DNA of 64,000 nt from Octopus vulgaris. Taxonomy: Eukaryota. A program made the position numbers and the translations under genes. Every line of letters begins with the position of its first letter. Position 1 is the first letter of the stretch. Of this stretch, positions 26,315 to 38,207 are shown in pieces. The stretch is from contig OX597814.1 of the NCBI GenBank assembly GCA_951406725.2, positions 160,146,001-160,210,000 of the forward strand, written 5' to 3'. The notes below the pieces were generated by a model. It saw nothing but the letters and a program-made list of their open reading frames with translations. It was not told where the DNA came from and ran no database searches.

Positions 26315-26570
26315 ATTATTAAATTGCTTGCAAAGATTATTAAATTGCTTGCAAAGATTATTAAATTGCATTCAAAGATTATTAAAAGCTTGCAAAGATT
26401 ATTAAATTGCATGCAAGATTATTTAATTGCTTGCAAAAATTATTAAATTGCTTGCAAAGATTATTAAATTGCTTGCAAAGATTATTAAATTGCTTGCAAA
26501 GATTATTAAATTGCTAGCAACGGTTATTTAGATGGCTGCAAATATTATTTATTTGGTTGCAAAGATTATT
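26315..26570. repeat. 21-bp minisatellite (ATTATTAAATTGCTTGCAAAG)n, about 12 copies, subterminal to the transposon
   Basis: Direct read; unit resembles the inner part of the TIR. Confidence 0.92.
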
Positions 26571-26710
26571 GAGTAGGTAGAAAAATCCTATATTATTATT
26601 TTTGCATTTATTTATAGACTGCATTTTGACAACAGATCAGTAACGGCCGTAAGATATGTTACGTCACCTATTTTGTTATGCCATGCTTTGTCCATTTTCT
26701 AATTATATAT

Positions 26711-26789
<79 letters not shown>

Positions 26790-26791
<2 letters not shown>

Positions 26792-27048
26792 TAGCTAACT
26801 CTCCATAAAAGAGTTGTTTTGGCATCCTTGAATCCTTCATTCTGACCAGATGACCACTCCATCTGAGCCTTTGCTTTAACACAAGAGCTTCTATACTTTC
26901 ACACCGAGAGCCTTCGAGTATTTCAAGATCACTGATGCGGTCCTTCCACTTAATGCCATAGATCCGTCTGAGGCACATCTGATGGAAACGTTCCAGTTGT
27001 TTAAGGTGGTATCGATATGTGACCCACGTCTCGCAGGCATAGAGAAGA
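26790..27048 (-). mobile_element. RTE-clade LINE fragment (post-RT region)
   Basis: [56 protein letters not shown]. Confidence 0.88.
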
Positions 27049-27055
27049 TAATAAT

Positions 27056-27137
<82 letters not shown>

Positions 27138-27318
27138 GTATATATACATACACATGTATATGTATATATATATATGTATATATATACATATATACATATA
27201 TATATGTATATGTATATATATATATGTATATGTATATGTATATATTATTTATATATATATATATATATATATGTATAAATATATGTATATATATATATAC
27301 ACACACATACATACATAC

Positions 27319-27349
<31 letters not shown>

Positions 27350-27630
27350 AATTAATAAGGGTGAGAGAATTAGATACTAATTTAATAGTATATTTATTCC
27401 ACACCAAGTGGCCTAGTGCTACGAGAAACCTGGATTATTATAATATTTTATAACATATTATAATATTTTCACAAAATAAATATAAGAGAGTGGTCACTAT
27501 ATTGATCACTCTAGCACCAGTTAATCCAAAAGGTTTCAACCACGAAAAATACATGTTTCCCATGAAAGCCAGTACGACTGTTAGCTCACACGGACAGGGC
27601 AAATAAAAAATAACAAAAATACAGATTATT

Positions 27631-27706
27631 TTGGGACAATTGTTTCGCTATTAATGAATTAAATGTAATATTACTTACAATAATCCATTTGTAGCTCTTC
27701 AGCCAA
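27631..27706 (-). ncRNA. Type I hammerhead ribozyme motif (copies also at 28165-28240, 28699-28774, 29232-29307, 29766-29841, all minus)
   Basis: Reverse complement: UUGG-CUGAAGA-GCUA...UAGC-GAAA-C-AAUU-G-UC^CCAA. Confidence 0.8.
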
Positions 27707-30144
27707 GACTATCTGGATGAAATCCACTCAATCACACGCCAGATTTTACCATAACGATAAATACGCGTGCGGTTCAATTGATTACATCGGACGTTATAAT
27801 TCAAATGCCCCAACCAACAGCGCGCCATACTCTCACGGAAAACAAATACAGCATTTAGAAATAAATGCAGCATAATTATAATTAATTAATAAGGGTGAGA
27901 GAATTAGATACTAATTTAATAGTATATTTATTCCACACCAAGTGGCCTAGTGCTACGAGAAACCTGGATTATTATAATATTTTATAACATATTATAATAT
28001 TTTCACAAAATAAATATAAGAGAGTGGTCACTATATTGATCACTCTAGCACCAGTTAATCCAAAAGGTTTCAACCACGAAAAATACATGTTTCCCATGAA
28101 AGCCAGTACGACTGTTAGCTCACACGGACAGGGCAAATAAAAAATAACAAAAATACAGATTATTTTGGGACAATTGTTTCGCTATTAATGAATTAAATGT
28201 AATATTACTTACAATAATCCATTTGTAGCTCTTCAGCCAAGACTATCTGGATGAAATCCACTCAATCACACGCCAGATTTTACCATAACGATAAATACGC
28301 GTGCGGTTCAATTGATTACATCGGACGTTATAATTCAAATGCCCCAACCAACAGCGCGCCATACTCTCACGGAAAACAAATACAGCATTTAGAAATAAAT
28401 GCAGCATAATTATAATTAATTAATAAGGGTGAGAGAATTAGATACTAATTTAATAGTATATTTATTCCACACCAAGTGGCCTAGTGCTACGAGAAACCTG
28501 GATTATTATAATATTTTATAACATATTATAATATTTTCACAAAATAAAAATAAAAGAGTGGTCACTATATTGATCACTCTAGCACCAGTTAATCCAAAAG
28601 GTTTCAACCACGAAAAATACATGTTTCCCATGAAAGCCAGTACGACTGTTAGCTCACACGGACAGGGCAAATAAAAAATAACAAAAATACAGATTATTTT
28701 GGGACAATTGTTTCGCTATTAATGAATTAAATGTAATATTACTTACAATAATCCATTTGTAGCTCTTCAGCCAAGACTATCTGGATGAAATCCACTCAAT
28801 CACACGCCAGATTTTACCATAACGATAAATACGCGTGCGGTTCAATTGATTACATCGGACGTTATAATTCAAATGCCCCAACCAACAGCGCGCCATACTC
28901 TCACGGAAAACAAATACAGCATTTAGAAATAAATGCAGCATAATTATAATTAATTAATAAGGGTGAGAGAATTAGATACTAATTTAATAGTATATTTATT
29001 CCACACCAAGTGGCCTAGTGCTACGAGAAACCTGGATTATTATAATATTTTATAACATATTATAATATTTTCACAAAATAAAAATAAAGAGTGGTCACTA
29101 TATTGATCACTCTAGCACCAGTTAATCCAAAAGGTTTCAACCACGAAAAATACATGTTTCCCATGAAAGCCAGTACGACTGTTAGCTCACACGGACAGGG
29201 CAAATAAAAAATAACAAAAATACAGATTATTTTGGGACAATTGTTTCGCTATTAATGAATTAAATGTAATATTACTTACAATAATCCATTTGTAGCTCTT
29301 CAGCCAAGACTATCTGGATGAAATCCACTCAATCACACGCCAGATTTTACCATAACGATAAATACGCGTGCGGTTCAATTGATTACATCGGACGTTATAA
29401 TTCAAATGCCCCAACCAACAGCGCGCCATACTCTCACGGAAAACAAATACAGCATTTAGAAATAAATGCAGCATAATTATAATTAATTAATAAGGGTGAG
29501 AGAATTAGATACTAATTTAATAGTATATTTATTCCACACCAAGTGGCCTAGTGCTACGAGAAACCTGGATTATTATAATATTTTATAACATATTATAATA
29601 TTTTCACAAAATAAATATAAGAGAGTGGTCACTATATTGATCACTCTAGCACCAGTTAATCCAAAAGGTTTCAACCACGAAAAATACATGTTTCCCATGA
29701 AAGCCAGTACGACTGTTAGCTCACACGGACAGGGCAAATAAAAAATAACAAAAATACAGATTATTTTGGGACAATTGTTTCGCTATTAATGAATTAAATG
29801 TAATATTACTTACAATAATCCATTTGTAGCTCTTCAGCCATGACTATCTGGATGAAATCCACTCAATCACACATTATAATAATCCAGGTTTCTCGTAGCA
29901 CTAGGCCACTTGGTGTGGAATAAATATACTATTAAATTAGTATCTAATTCTCTCACCCTTATTAATTAATTATAATTATGCTGCATTTATTTCTAAATGC
30001 TGTATTTGTTTTCCGTGAGAGTATGGCGCGCTGTTGGTTGGGGCATTTGAATTATAACGTCCGATGTAATCAATTGAACCGCACGCGTATTTATCGTTAT
30101 GGTAAAATCTGGCGTGTGATTGAGTGGATTTCATCCAGATAGTC

Positions 30145-30220
30145 TTGGCTGAAGAGCTACAAATGGATTATTGTAAGTAATATTACATTTAATTCATTAA
30201 TAGCGAAACAATTGTCCCAA
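30145..30220 (+). ncRNA. Type I hammerhead ribozyme motif (also at 30679-30754, plus)
   Basis: Stem I TTGG/CCAA, core CTGAAGA, stem II GCTA/TAGC extended by AATGGATTA/TAATTCATT and TGTAA/TTACA, GAAA, palindromic CAATTG stem III, GTC cleavage triplet (after 30216). Confidence 0.82.
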
Positions 30221-31566
30221 AATAATCTGTATTTTTGTTATTTTTTATTTGCCCTGTCCGTGTGAGCTAACAGTCGTACTGGCTTTCATGGGAAACATGT
30301 ATTTTTCATGGTTGAAACCTTTTGGATTAACTGGTGCTAGAGTGATCAATATAGTGACCACTCTCTTATATTTATTTTGTGAAAATATTATAATATGTTA
30401 TAAAATATTATAATAATCCAGGTTTCTCGTAGCACTAGGCCACTTGGTGTGGAATAAATATACTATTAAATTAGTATCTAATTCTCTCACCCTTATTAAT
30501 TAATTATAATTATGCTGCATTTATTTCTAAATGCTGTATTTGTTTTCCGTGAGAGTATGGCGCGCTGTTGGTTGGGGCATTTGAATTATAACGTCCGATG
30601 TAATCAATTGAACCGCACGCGTATTTATCGTTATGGTAAAATCTGGCGTGTGATTGAGTGGATTTCATCCAGATAGTCTTGGCTGAAGAGCTACAAATGG
30701 ATTATTGTAAGTAATATTACATTTAATTCATTAATAGCGAAACAATTGTCCCAAAATAATCTGTATTTTTGTTATTTTTTATTTGCCCTGTCCGTGTGAG
30801 CTAACAGTCGTACTGGCTTTCATGGGAAACATGTATTTTTCGTGGTTGAAACCTTTTGGATTAACTGGTGCTAGAGTGATCAATATAGTGACCACTCTCT
30901 TATATTTATTTTATATATATATATATATTATATATATATGTATGTATGTATGTATATATGCATAGATCAATGTGTGTAATGGGTGTGTAGTAAGTGCTTC
31001 TGTTGATTGCTTTATTTTCAAATTTTTTAAAATTTTCTGACTCAACAAATAACAACAATTCCTACGTCGTTTACTCAATACAAACCGACTTCACATTTTG
31101 AAATTTCGTAACAAGTAAAATAACAGAGCAGCGCTGTTTGATGAGAGGTAAATACGTGCGCATGTGTGTGGGTGGTGGTGGGTGGGGGGGGGGAGAGAGG
31201 GGGGGAGGGAGTGTGTGTGTGTGTGGGGGTGTTTGTGTGCATTGAGAGTGTAGTAGTGAAGGAATATGAAAAACTTAATAAGATGAATTGGGAAATGAAA
31301 AAAAGCAACGTGTTATTAGACATGAGTAAGGAGAGACTTGTTAGGAGGAGAGAGACACAGAGAGAAAGAGATTGAGAGAAAGAGATAGAGAGAAACAGAT
31401 AGAAAGAAAGACCGAGCAATGTAAAAGCTGTAAATGTTAGGAAGTTTGGTCTGGATGTGAAAGTTCAAACTGTCTGTTAACATGTGTTCTTGGGAATGGT
31501 GCACGTGAGTCATTCTTTACAATAATATACTGCTGGTTGTTCTCTTTCTCTCCTGTCTATCACAAT

Positions 31567-31597
<31 letters not shown>

Positions 31598-31639
31598 TGA
31601 TAGAAATGGTAAGGCAACAAAAGAATGAAAGAGACCTCG

Positions 31640-31772
31640 ATATTATGTAAATAAAGGAATTTATCTGTAAATATAATATGTGACAATTTTTCGGTAGCTA
31701 TGATAAAATGCCCCGACATCCGAAACTCGAAATTTTATCATGGCTACCAAATAATTGTCACATATATTTACA
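31640..31772. repeat. Centre-deleted relative of the 24430-24627 palindrome
   Basis: Shares CGA.ATTATGTAAATA.AGGAATTTATC leader, AATATGTGACAATT/AATTGTCACATAT arms and CCGACATCCGAAACTCG. Confidence 0.75.
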
Positions 31773-31812
31773 TATATATATTGCCAATATATATATATAT
31801 ATATATATGTAT

Positions 31813-32220
31813 AGGCGCAGGAGTGGCTGTGTGGTAAGTAGCTTGCTTACCAACCACATGGTTCCGGGTTCAGTCCCACTGCGTGGCATCTTGGGCAAGT
31901 GTCTTAGCTATAGCCTCGGGCCGACCAATGCCTTGTGAGTGGATTTGGTAGACGGAAACTGAAAGAAGCCTGTCGTATATATGTATATATATATGTATTT
32001 GTGTGTATGTTTGCGTGTCTGTGTTTGTCCCCCTAGCATTGCTTGACAACCGATGCTGGTGTGTTTACGTCCCCGTCACTTAGCGGTTCGGCAAATAAGA
32101 TCGATAGAATAAGTACTGGTCTTACAAAGAATAAGTCCCGGGGTCGAGTTGCTCGACTGAAGGCGGTGTTCCAGCATGGCCACAGTCAAATGACTGAAAC
32201 AAGTAAAAGAGTAAAAGAGT
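31813..32220 (+). mobile_element. Full-length tRNA-derived SINE family C (CORE-like)
   Basis: AGGCGCAGGAGTGGCTGTGTGGTAAG..GGTTCAGTCCC..GGCATCTTGGGCAAGT; internal TA/TG repeat; AAGTAAAAGAGTAAAAGAG tail. Confidence 0.88.
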
Positions 32221-32339
32221 ATATATATATTGGCAATAGTATGTCACGTTACTATGTAATATGTAGTTATAGTCGATCTGCAGCAGTCAATGTGTTTTAT
32301 CTTCTTTTTTGTTGAAATGCATAAGTCACTGTTGTTCTC

Positions 32340-32544
32340 TTGAGTTTATTGTTCCTCTTGTCTTTTGTTGTTATTGGTATTGTTGTGGTTCTTGTCTTGT
32401 TACTGTTGTTGACCCCGTTGTTATTTATCTTGTTGTTACTTTGTTTTATTGTTGTCGATGTCGCTGTTGTAGTTGTTGCTGTTCCCGCTGTCTCTGATGC
32501 TCCGGTTGTCGTTGTTGTTGTTGTTTTTGTTGTTGTTGTTGTTT

Positions 32545-32582
<38 letters not shown>

Positions 32583-32680
32583 GATATTGTTGCTTTTGTT
32601 GTTGTGGCCCTCGTTGTTGCTTTTGTTGTTACTTATATCATTCTTGCAGTACTTGTTCCTGTCATTGGTGCTCTTGCTAT
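32340..32680. repeat. Degenerate (GTT)n microsatellite
   Basis: Direct read. Confidence 0.9.
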
Positions 32681-32914
32681 TGATTGCCCCTCCATCCCAT
32701 CAGTTTATCCCTCCATAGAACAATAAGCTACTTCAAAAGACGTTCCGTTCCAGTCCTGACTATTCCAGCATTTTAGCGATGTTTTGAACCGAATTGCCCT
32801 ATGTCTTGTCCTTAAAGTTATTTGAGGTTGTGATTTGAAGATGACTTCACTATTGACGATGACGGCAATGTTGAAGGTGGCAGTGGTGATTGTAAGAATG
32901 GTGCGATGGTATGG

Positions 32915-33235
32915 TAAAAGGGAAAAGGCCTCACTTCAGTCATGACTGACCATGGGATTGCACCTAGAAAGTCCCCCATCCACCTAGGTGCAAGTCCGGA
33001 CAAGGTTAATTGTTGAAGACCAGCAGTCACCCATGCATACCAGCCTCCTCTCTCTCTACGCATCTGATGTTATCCAAAGGAAAGGCAAAGACCGATACAC
33101 TTTGGCACTAGTTACGTCGCAATTCATTTCTACAGCTGAGTGAATTGGAGCAACGTGAAACAAAGTGTCTTGCTCAAGAACACAACACACAGCCCAGTCT
33201 GGGAATCAAACTCACTCACTCATGATTGTAAGCCC
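32915..33235 (-). mobile_element. SINE family B
   Basis: Reverse complement of 41215-41548 (CATGGGATTGCACCTAGAAAG...CAGCTGAGTGAA.TGGAGCAACGTGAAA). Confidence 0.8.
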
Positions 33236-34167
33236 GACGGTGATGGTAACGTTCATGATGGTAATAGTAGCTGTGATGGTAGTGGTCGTGATAGGCCAAC
33301 GATAGTGGTGATAAAGAGCATGGTGTGGATGGTGAAAATGGAGATATGATAGTGACGATGGTAGAGATGGTGATGATGGTGACGATGGTGTCGATGCTGG
33401 GTACAGTGATGGTGGGCCACTGTAGTAACTAGTCGAAATGATCAAACATCACTACATCCACCTCAACGTATAATTTGGATGTCAGCCAAAAGACATTCAT
33501 CAGATGTTCCTTTACGCCGTGGTCACTTTACCTTCAAGGAATACCAACTAAATGACACTCGAAGCAGACTCTACTCTGCTACCTTCTTAAAAAACAACCG
33601 AATTGAATAATGTGGCTGAGATTGTTATGATTTTTTATTAGAATACTTTTGATAATAGATCTGCTCGATCAGAGACGATTTCGGCTTAAACAACAAAAAC
33701 AACGACAAACAGCAGAAGCAATAGCCGTCCAAGAATTTGGACCTGGAAATGTCTATTTCCAGTGACTTCGAGGGTCACCTCTCAGTGGTGTCGGGCGTCA
33801 ACGAAGAGCCCTCGACTACAACAAGACGAAAAAAGTTGTTTTTTTTCCAAGATCTGGGGTCTCCCGCCCCTAAGCCCTAGACCATCACCCTTATCCGTCT
33901 TGTTGCTTAACAACTACAAACAGCAGCAGCAGCAATAGAAGCTGCAGCTGTAGCAACAGCTACAAGCCACCATATTTGGACTGGTTGCTAATGAATCAAA
34001 GATTTCATAAAGTCGTATAAGCCATTACGTAGTGGGATAAAGAGAATGCTAACGTGTTGAGCAGAATCTTTTCATCAGAAAGAATTGCCGATGTAAGATA
34101 TCCCTGTTTTTTCGTTCTCTATAGTTTCACCTCTCTCTCTCACTCTCTCACTTTCTCATTCTCGCTC

Positions 34168-34470
<303 letters not shown>

Positions 34471-34505
34471 TCCTGAACTCTCTATTTCTCTCTCTATATA
34501 TATAT

Positions 34506-34636
<131 letters not shown>

Positions 34637-34693
34637 TGTATGTATGTATGTATGTATGTATGTATGTATGTATAAATGTATGTACAAATGTAT

Positions 34694-34880
34694 ATACAGG
34701 AATTCCCCATGTTACGGAAGTAATGCGTTCCTGTAAAATCTTATGATACGAAATCGTTTTACGTGAAATATATTCACCCATTGATTTTCATATTATAAAG
34801 CAATAATGCGTTCTGGCAGTTATTTTCGAGAAAAAAAAAAAAGCAACACGACCGCTTTATGTATGGAAATAGCAATTTCT
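34694..34880 (+). mobile_element. Possible pogo/Tigger-like MITE end
   Basis: TA-CAGGAATTCCCCATGTTACG resembles Tigger-type termini; partner TIR not identified. Confidence 0.3.
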
Positions 34881-35094
34881 AAACATATGTATACGTAAAA
34901 ACATTTGAAGATAAATACATTATGGAATAAATAAGAATCTCAATATTGTAATAGGGTGCGTTCTAACCATATAAGATGTTTCAAAACAGGATCAAAGGTT
35001 CTCGCCTAAACAATAGGTTCATAATGATGGTTTCCAGGATTCTGTGGCGTAGATCTTCTCCACTGGACTGTATGTCGGTCACTTGCTGAATTAT

Positions 35095-35515
35095 TCATTT
35101 TTGCCAGCTGAATGAACTGGAAAAACACAAAATTAAGTGTTTTGCTCAAGAACAGCGCATCGCCCTGTCCAGTAATCGAAACCACAATCTTACGATCATG
35201 AGTTCAGCACCTTAACCACTAAGCTACGATCCACCACATGTAAGATGTTTACTGGCGTGAAAAGTGTGAAGATGGAATGGAAGTTACCTGGGAGGATGAA
35301 GAACACTATCTGCTAACTTATTGTTTTTCATCATCATCACCATAACCAACATCATTAACATCAACATCTTTCGCCACAACTTTCTCTCACTCCCTCTTCC
35401 TGTTTCTTGAGTAACGCTGCGATGGACTGGCGTCCCATCCAGCTGGGAAGAACACATACGCCACAAAAACCGGGAAACCAGGCCCATGAGCCTAGCTAGG
35501 CTTGAAAAGGGCGAC
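35095..35515. mobile_element. SINE family B fragments (minus ~35095-35235; plus ~35408-35515)
   Basis: Both match parts of 8905-9143. Confidence 0.7.
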
Positions 35516-35890
35516 GTTTTTTTTTTATCTATGAGACACTAGCAATTCAACCACATTATGCTTCTATGACTTCTACAAATCTTACATCATATGCAAGTCT
35601 CACAATATTTTTTTTAGATTTTTATGGAGACTTTGGGCTTGTGAAAAATTAGTAAAGTTACGAATACAATCTGGCCTTATATTTTTCCAAGCAATATTCA
35701 TAGTTGAAGTTTTAACTTCATCTCACAGCATTCATTATGTTGAAATACTTCCAGAAGTTTCTAACTGTAGCTTTATCTACTTTATGATTTGCTTTCATAA
35801 GTTGTTTGAAAGTTCTTTTCAGATAACATTCCTTGAAGTTAGCTGTAGTTTGATGTATTGGCTACAGCAAACAAATTGTATTATTAGGAA

Positions 35891-36285
35891 CTAGCAGTAT
35901 CGCCCGGCGTTGCTCGGGTTTGTAAGGGAAATAACTATATAAGCATTTTTAGAGATGTAAAGTATAATAGCCATCTCAATATGGCTAACCACAAAGGGGG
36001 GTGTTACTGTAGCATTTTACGTTCTGAGATTTAATAATACATTTTTAGAGAGTTTACTTCCCTTATATAATAGCAAACAAATGCATTTAAAATGGGAAAA
36101 AATGACGGTAATTATTTTTTAAATCGTAGGCTCATCGTAGACGCGCACTAATACCCAGAAGGGCTCGATATGAATCACGACTATAAGATACCCGCTTTTG
36201 GTTACACTGCACCGCAAAATGTGGGAGTAGTTAGGAATCTAAATCGTAGGAGACAGACACACAACTTCACTTTTATATATAAAGA
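35891..36285 (-). mobile_element. Non-autonomous Helitron, second copy
   Basis: CTAGCAGTATCGCCCGGCGTTGCTCGGG terminus identical to 7779; other end TTTTATATATAAAGA (TC start on minus); A/T flanks. Confidence 0.78.
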
Positions 36286-36983
36286 TATATTCCATTCCCA
36301 TATTATTAAAAGGCTCATTTAAGTTCATTAGGTTGCTCGGTGCAAGCATTCTTAGAAGTCTAGCGCACTGCATCTTTCTACAAGAGAACAAAAAAATGTT
36401 TGTAAACTACTCTTTGGAAAACGCTCCTAGTTTTCCAAACTTTCTTATTTAAACGCGAAGTCAGGGATGTTTCAGTCAGCTTTTAAAATACACTACGGTT
36501 ACAGCATTATTGCATGAGATTGTTCTGCTTTTATTTAGATGAAGTTGCAAATTTTGTTCATGCTAATGTTGCGCTGTTGTTGGTCTGTAATGACAGATAA
36601 TGTTGATTGTAGATAATGGTGGTGGTGAAGGTTGATTCATACATACATACCTATGTATGTACGTATGTATGTATGTATGTATGTATGCATATTTACCAAA
36701 TGGCAATGAAAACCAGCTCCTGTTGAGAGGTGAAGATAACCTCAACTCACAAAGATTCTCCAAAGTTGACATGCCTTTAAGGAACAGGACAGGTATAAAT
36801 TGCCTGGAGCCAAGAGGACAGTCGTGGATATGTATTTCTGGTTCCAAGCCTTCAGTTGCCATCAGCACGACAATTGTCTGATCTTATTTCCAGAAGGCAA
36901 AGGACTAAGACTTATGCAAAAAGGAGCAGAAAAGACAAAAATGAGCTAAAATACGTACATACATACATACATACATACATACA

Positions 36984-37033
<50 letters not shown>

Positions 37034-37039
37034 CACTTT

Positions 37040-37235
37040 TCTTAGTTTCAGTCATTAGACTGTGGCCAATGTGGGGCATCGCCTTGAAAAATATTTCAGT
37101 CTAATGACTATATTTTTTAAAGGCTGGTACTTATTCTGTCGGTCTCTTTTGCCGAACTGCTATGCTACAGGGATGTAAACACCAGCACCGGTTGTCAAGC
37201 GGTGGTGGTGGGGATAAGCGCAGATACAAAGACAC
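37040..37235 (-). mobile_element. SINE family C 3' part
   Basis: GTTTCAGTCATT.GACTGTGGCCA...ACACCAGCA.CGGTTGTCAAGCG. Confidence 0.75.
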
Positions 37236-37274
37236 ACATATATGTAGCGATATTTTAAAATTTCATCACAGGTG

Positions 37275-37350
37275 AATCTAGCTGATGAGGACTAATCAAA
37301 TTTACAATAACAAACATATTTTGGGAAGTCCGAAACTCGCGTCCTAGATT
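37275..37350 (+). ncRNA. Solitary type I hammerhead ribozyme motif
   Basis: AATCTAG-CTGATGA-GGACT...AGTCC-GAAA-C-TCGC-G-TC^CTAGATT: 7-bp stem I, 5-bp stem II, intact core. Confidence 0.8.
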
Positions 37351-37559
37351 ATCCATTCTAGGTTATCCATTTTTCCGATGCTCTTAAGACGAAAATTTTT
37401 TCAAGTTCGCCGCCCGCATACATCTTTGCCAATATACATTTCAGTGAAGCTTTACATAGCGTCGTATCGTTATCGACTGCTTTTTCCAGCAGATATTGGT
37501 GCCTTGTTGTTCCACTATTTCTTATATATATAAACTGAAAGAAGCCCGCCGTATATATG

Positions 37560-37619
<60 letters not shown>

Positions 37620-37994
37620 CATACATTCCTCCTGGCTTCTTTGCCGATGAGACGAGCCAGTGGTAGATTGACTTGATTAAATTTAATTTAATTAGGCTGG
37701 TTTGCAAAAAAGTACGTCGAAACAATGCATTGTCCAAGGTAAATGTTTTTGATTTTCTTTTGATTTCTGAATTACTACTAATTAGCGGTTTGAGTTTGGC
37801 TGCTCTTTCTGGTGAGTCGAATGGCCTACCAGGGCCATTCCTTAATATTGCTGAAATTATATATATATATATAGTCTGTGACTATTTTCTCTTTCTCCCT
37901 GGACCGCTGGTAGCGAAAAAAATTTCTATTGAATTTTTTGCTACCCTTATATTGATTAATATATATTTACATATATATGTATGTATGTATGCGT

Positions 37995-38207
37995 GTGTGT
38001 ATATGTTTGTGTGTCTGTGCTTGTCCCCCCAACATCGCTTGACAACTGATGCTGGTGTGCTTACGTCCCCGTAACTTAGCGGTTCGGCAAATAAGATCGA
38101 TAGAATAAGTACTAGGCTTACAAAGAATAAGTCCTGGGGTCGATTTGCTCGACTAAAGGCGGTGCTCCAGCATGGCCACAGTCAAATGACTGAAACAAGT
38201 AAAAGAG
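37995..38207 (+). mobile_element. SINE family C 3' half (its 5' remnant at ~37530-37555 is separated by insertions)
   Basis: Matches 32020-32220. Confidence 0.85.

Larger units (their letters stand above)
24655..26590 (-). mobile_element. Degenerate IS630/Tc1-superfamily DNA transposon with TIRs, interrupted by a SINE
   Basis: TTTTCTGCCTACTTAATTATCTTTGCAACCA (24661) vs TGGTTGCAAAGATTATTGAGTAGGTAGAAAA (26554); remnants YTFKRITLV, VFIMDNASIHH, IRYLPPYSPF. Confidence 0.75.
27349..30912. repeat. 534-bp tandem array (~4.7 units forward + ~1.95 units inverted), HHR-bearing, retrozyme-like
   Basis: GGGTGAGAGAAT recurs at 27359, 27893, 28427, 28961, 29494; inversion at 29872/29873; inverted copies 534 apart; only a few substitutions/indels between units; no ORF >=60 aa lying wholly within the array in the track. 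Confidence 0.97.

Noticed and set aside
27408-27425. A-box-like TGGCCTAGTGC in the 534-bp unit as a Pol III promoter
   Set aside because: No convincing B-box at a suitable distance, and it lies antisense to the ribozyme
27349-30912. CRISPR array, rDNA/5S or snRNA tandem cluster
   Set aside because: Units are identical over their whole length with no variable spacers, there are no cas genes, and I see no resemblance to rRNA or snRNA sequences
32340-32726. Poly-Val/Leu transmembrane ORF
   Set aside because: Degenerate (GTT)n microsatellite
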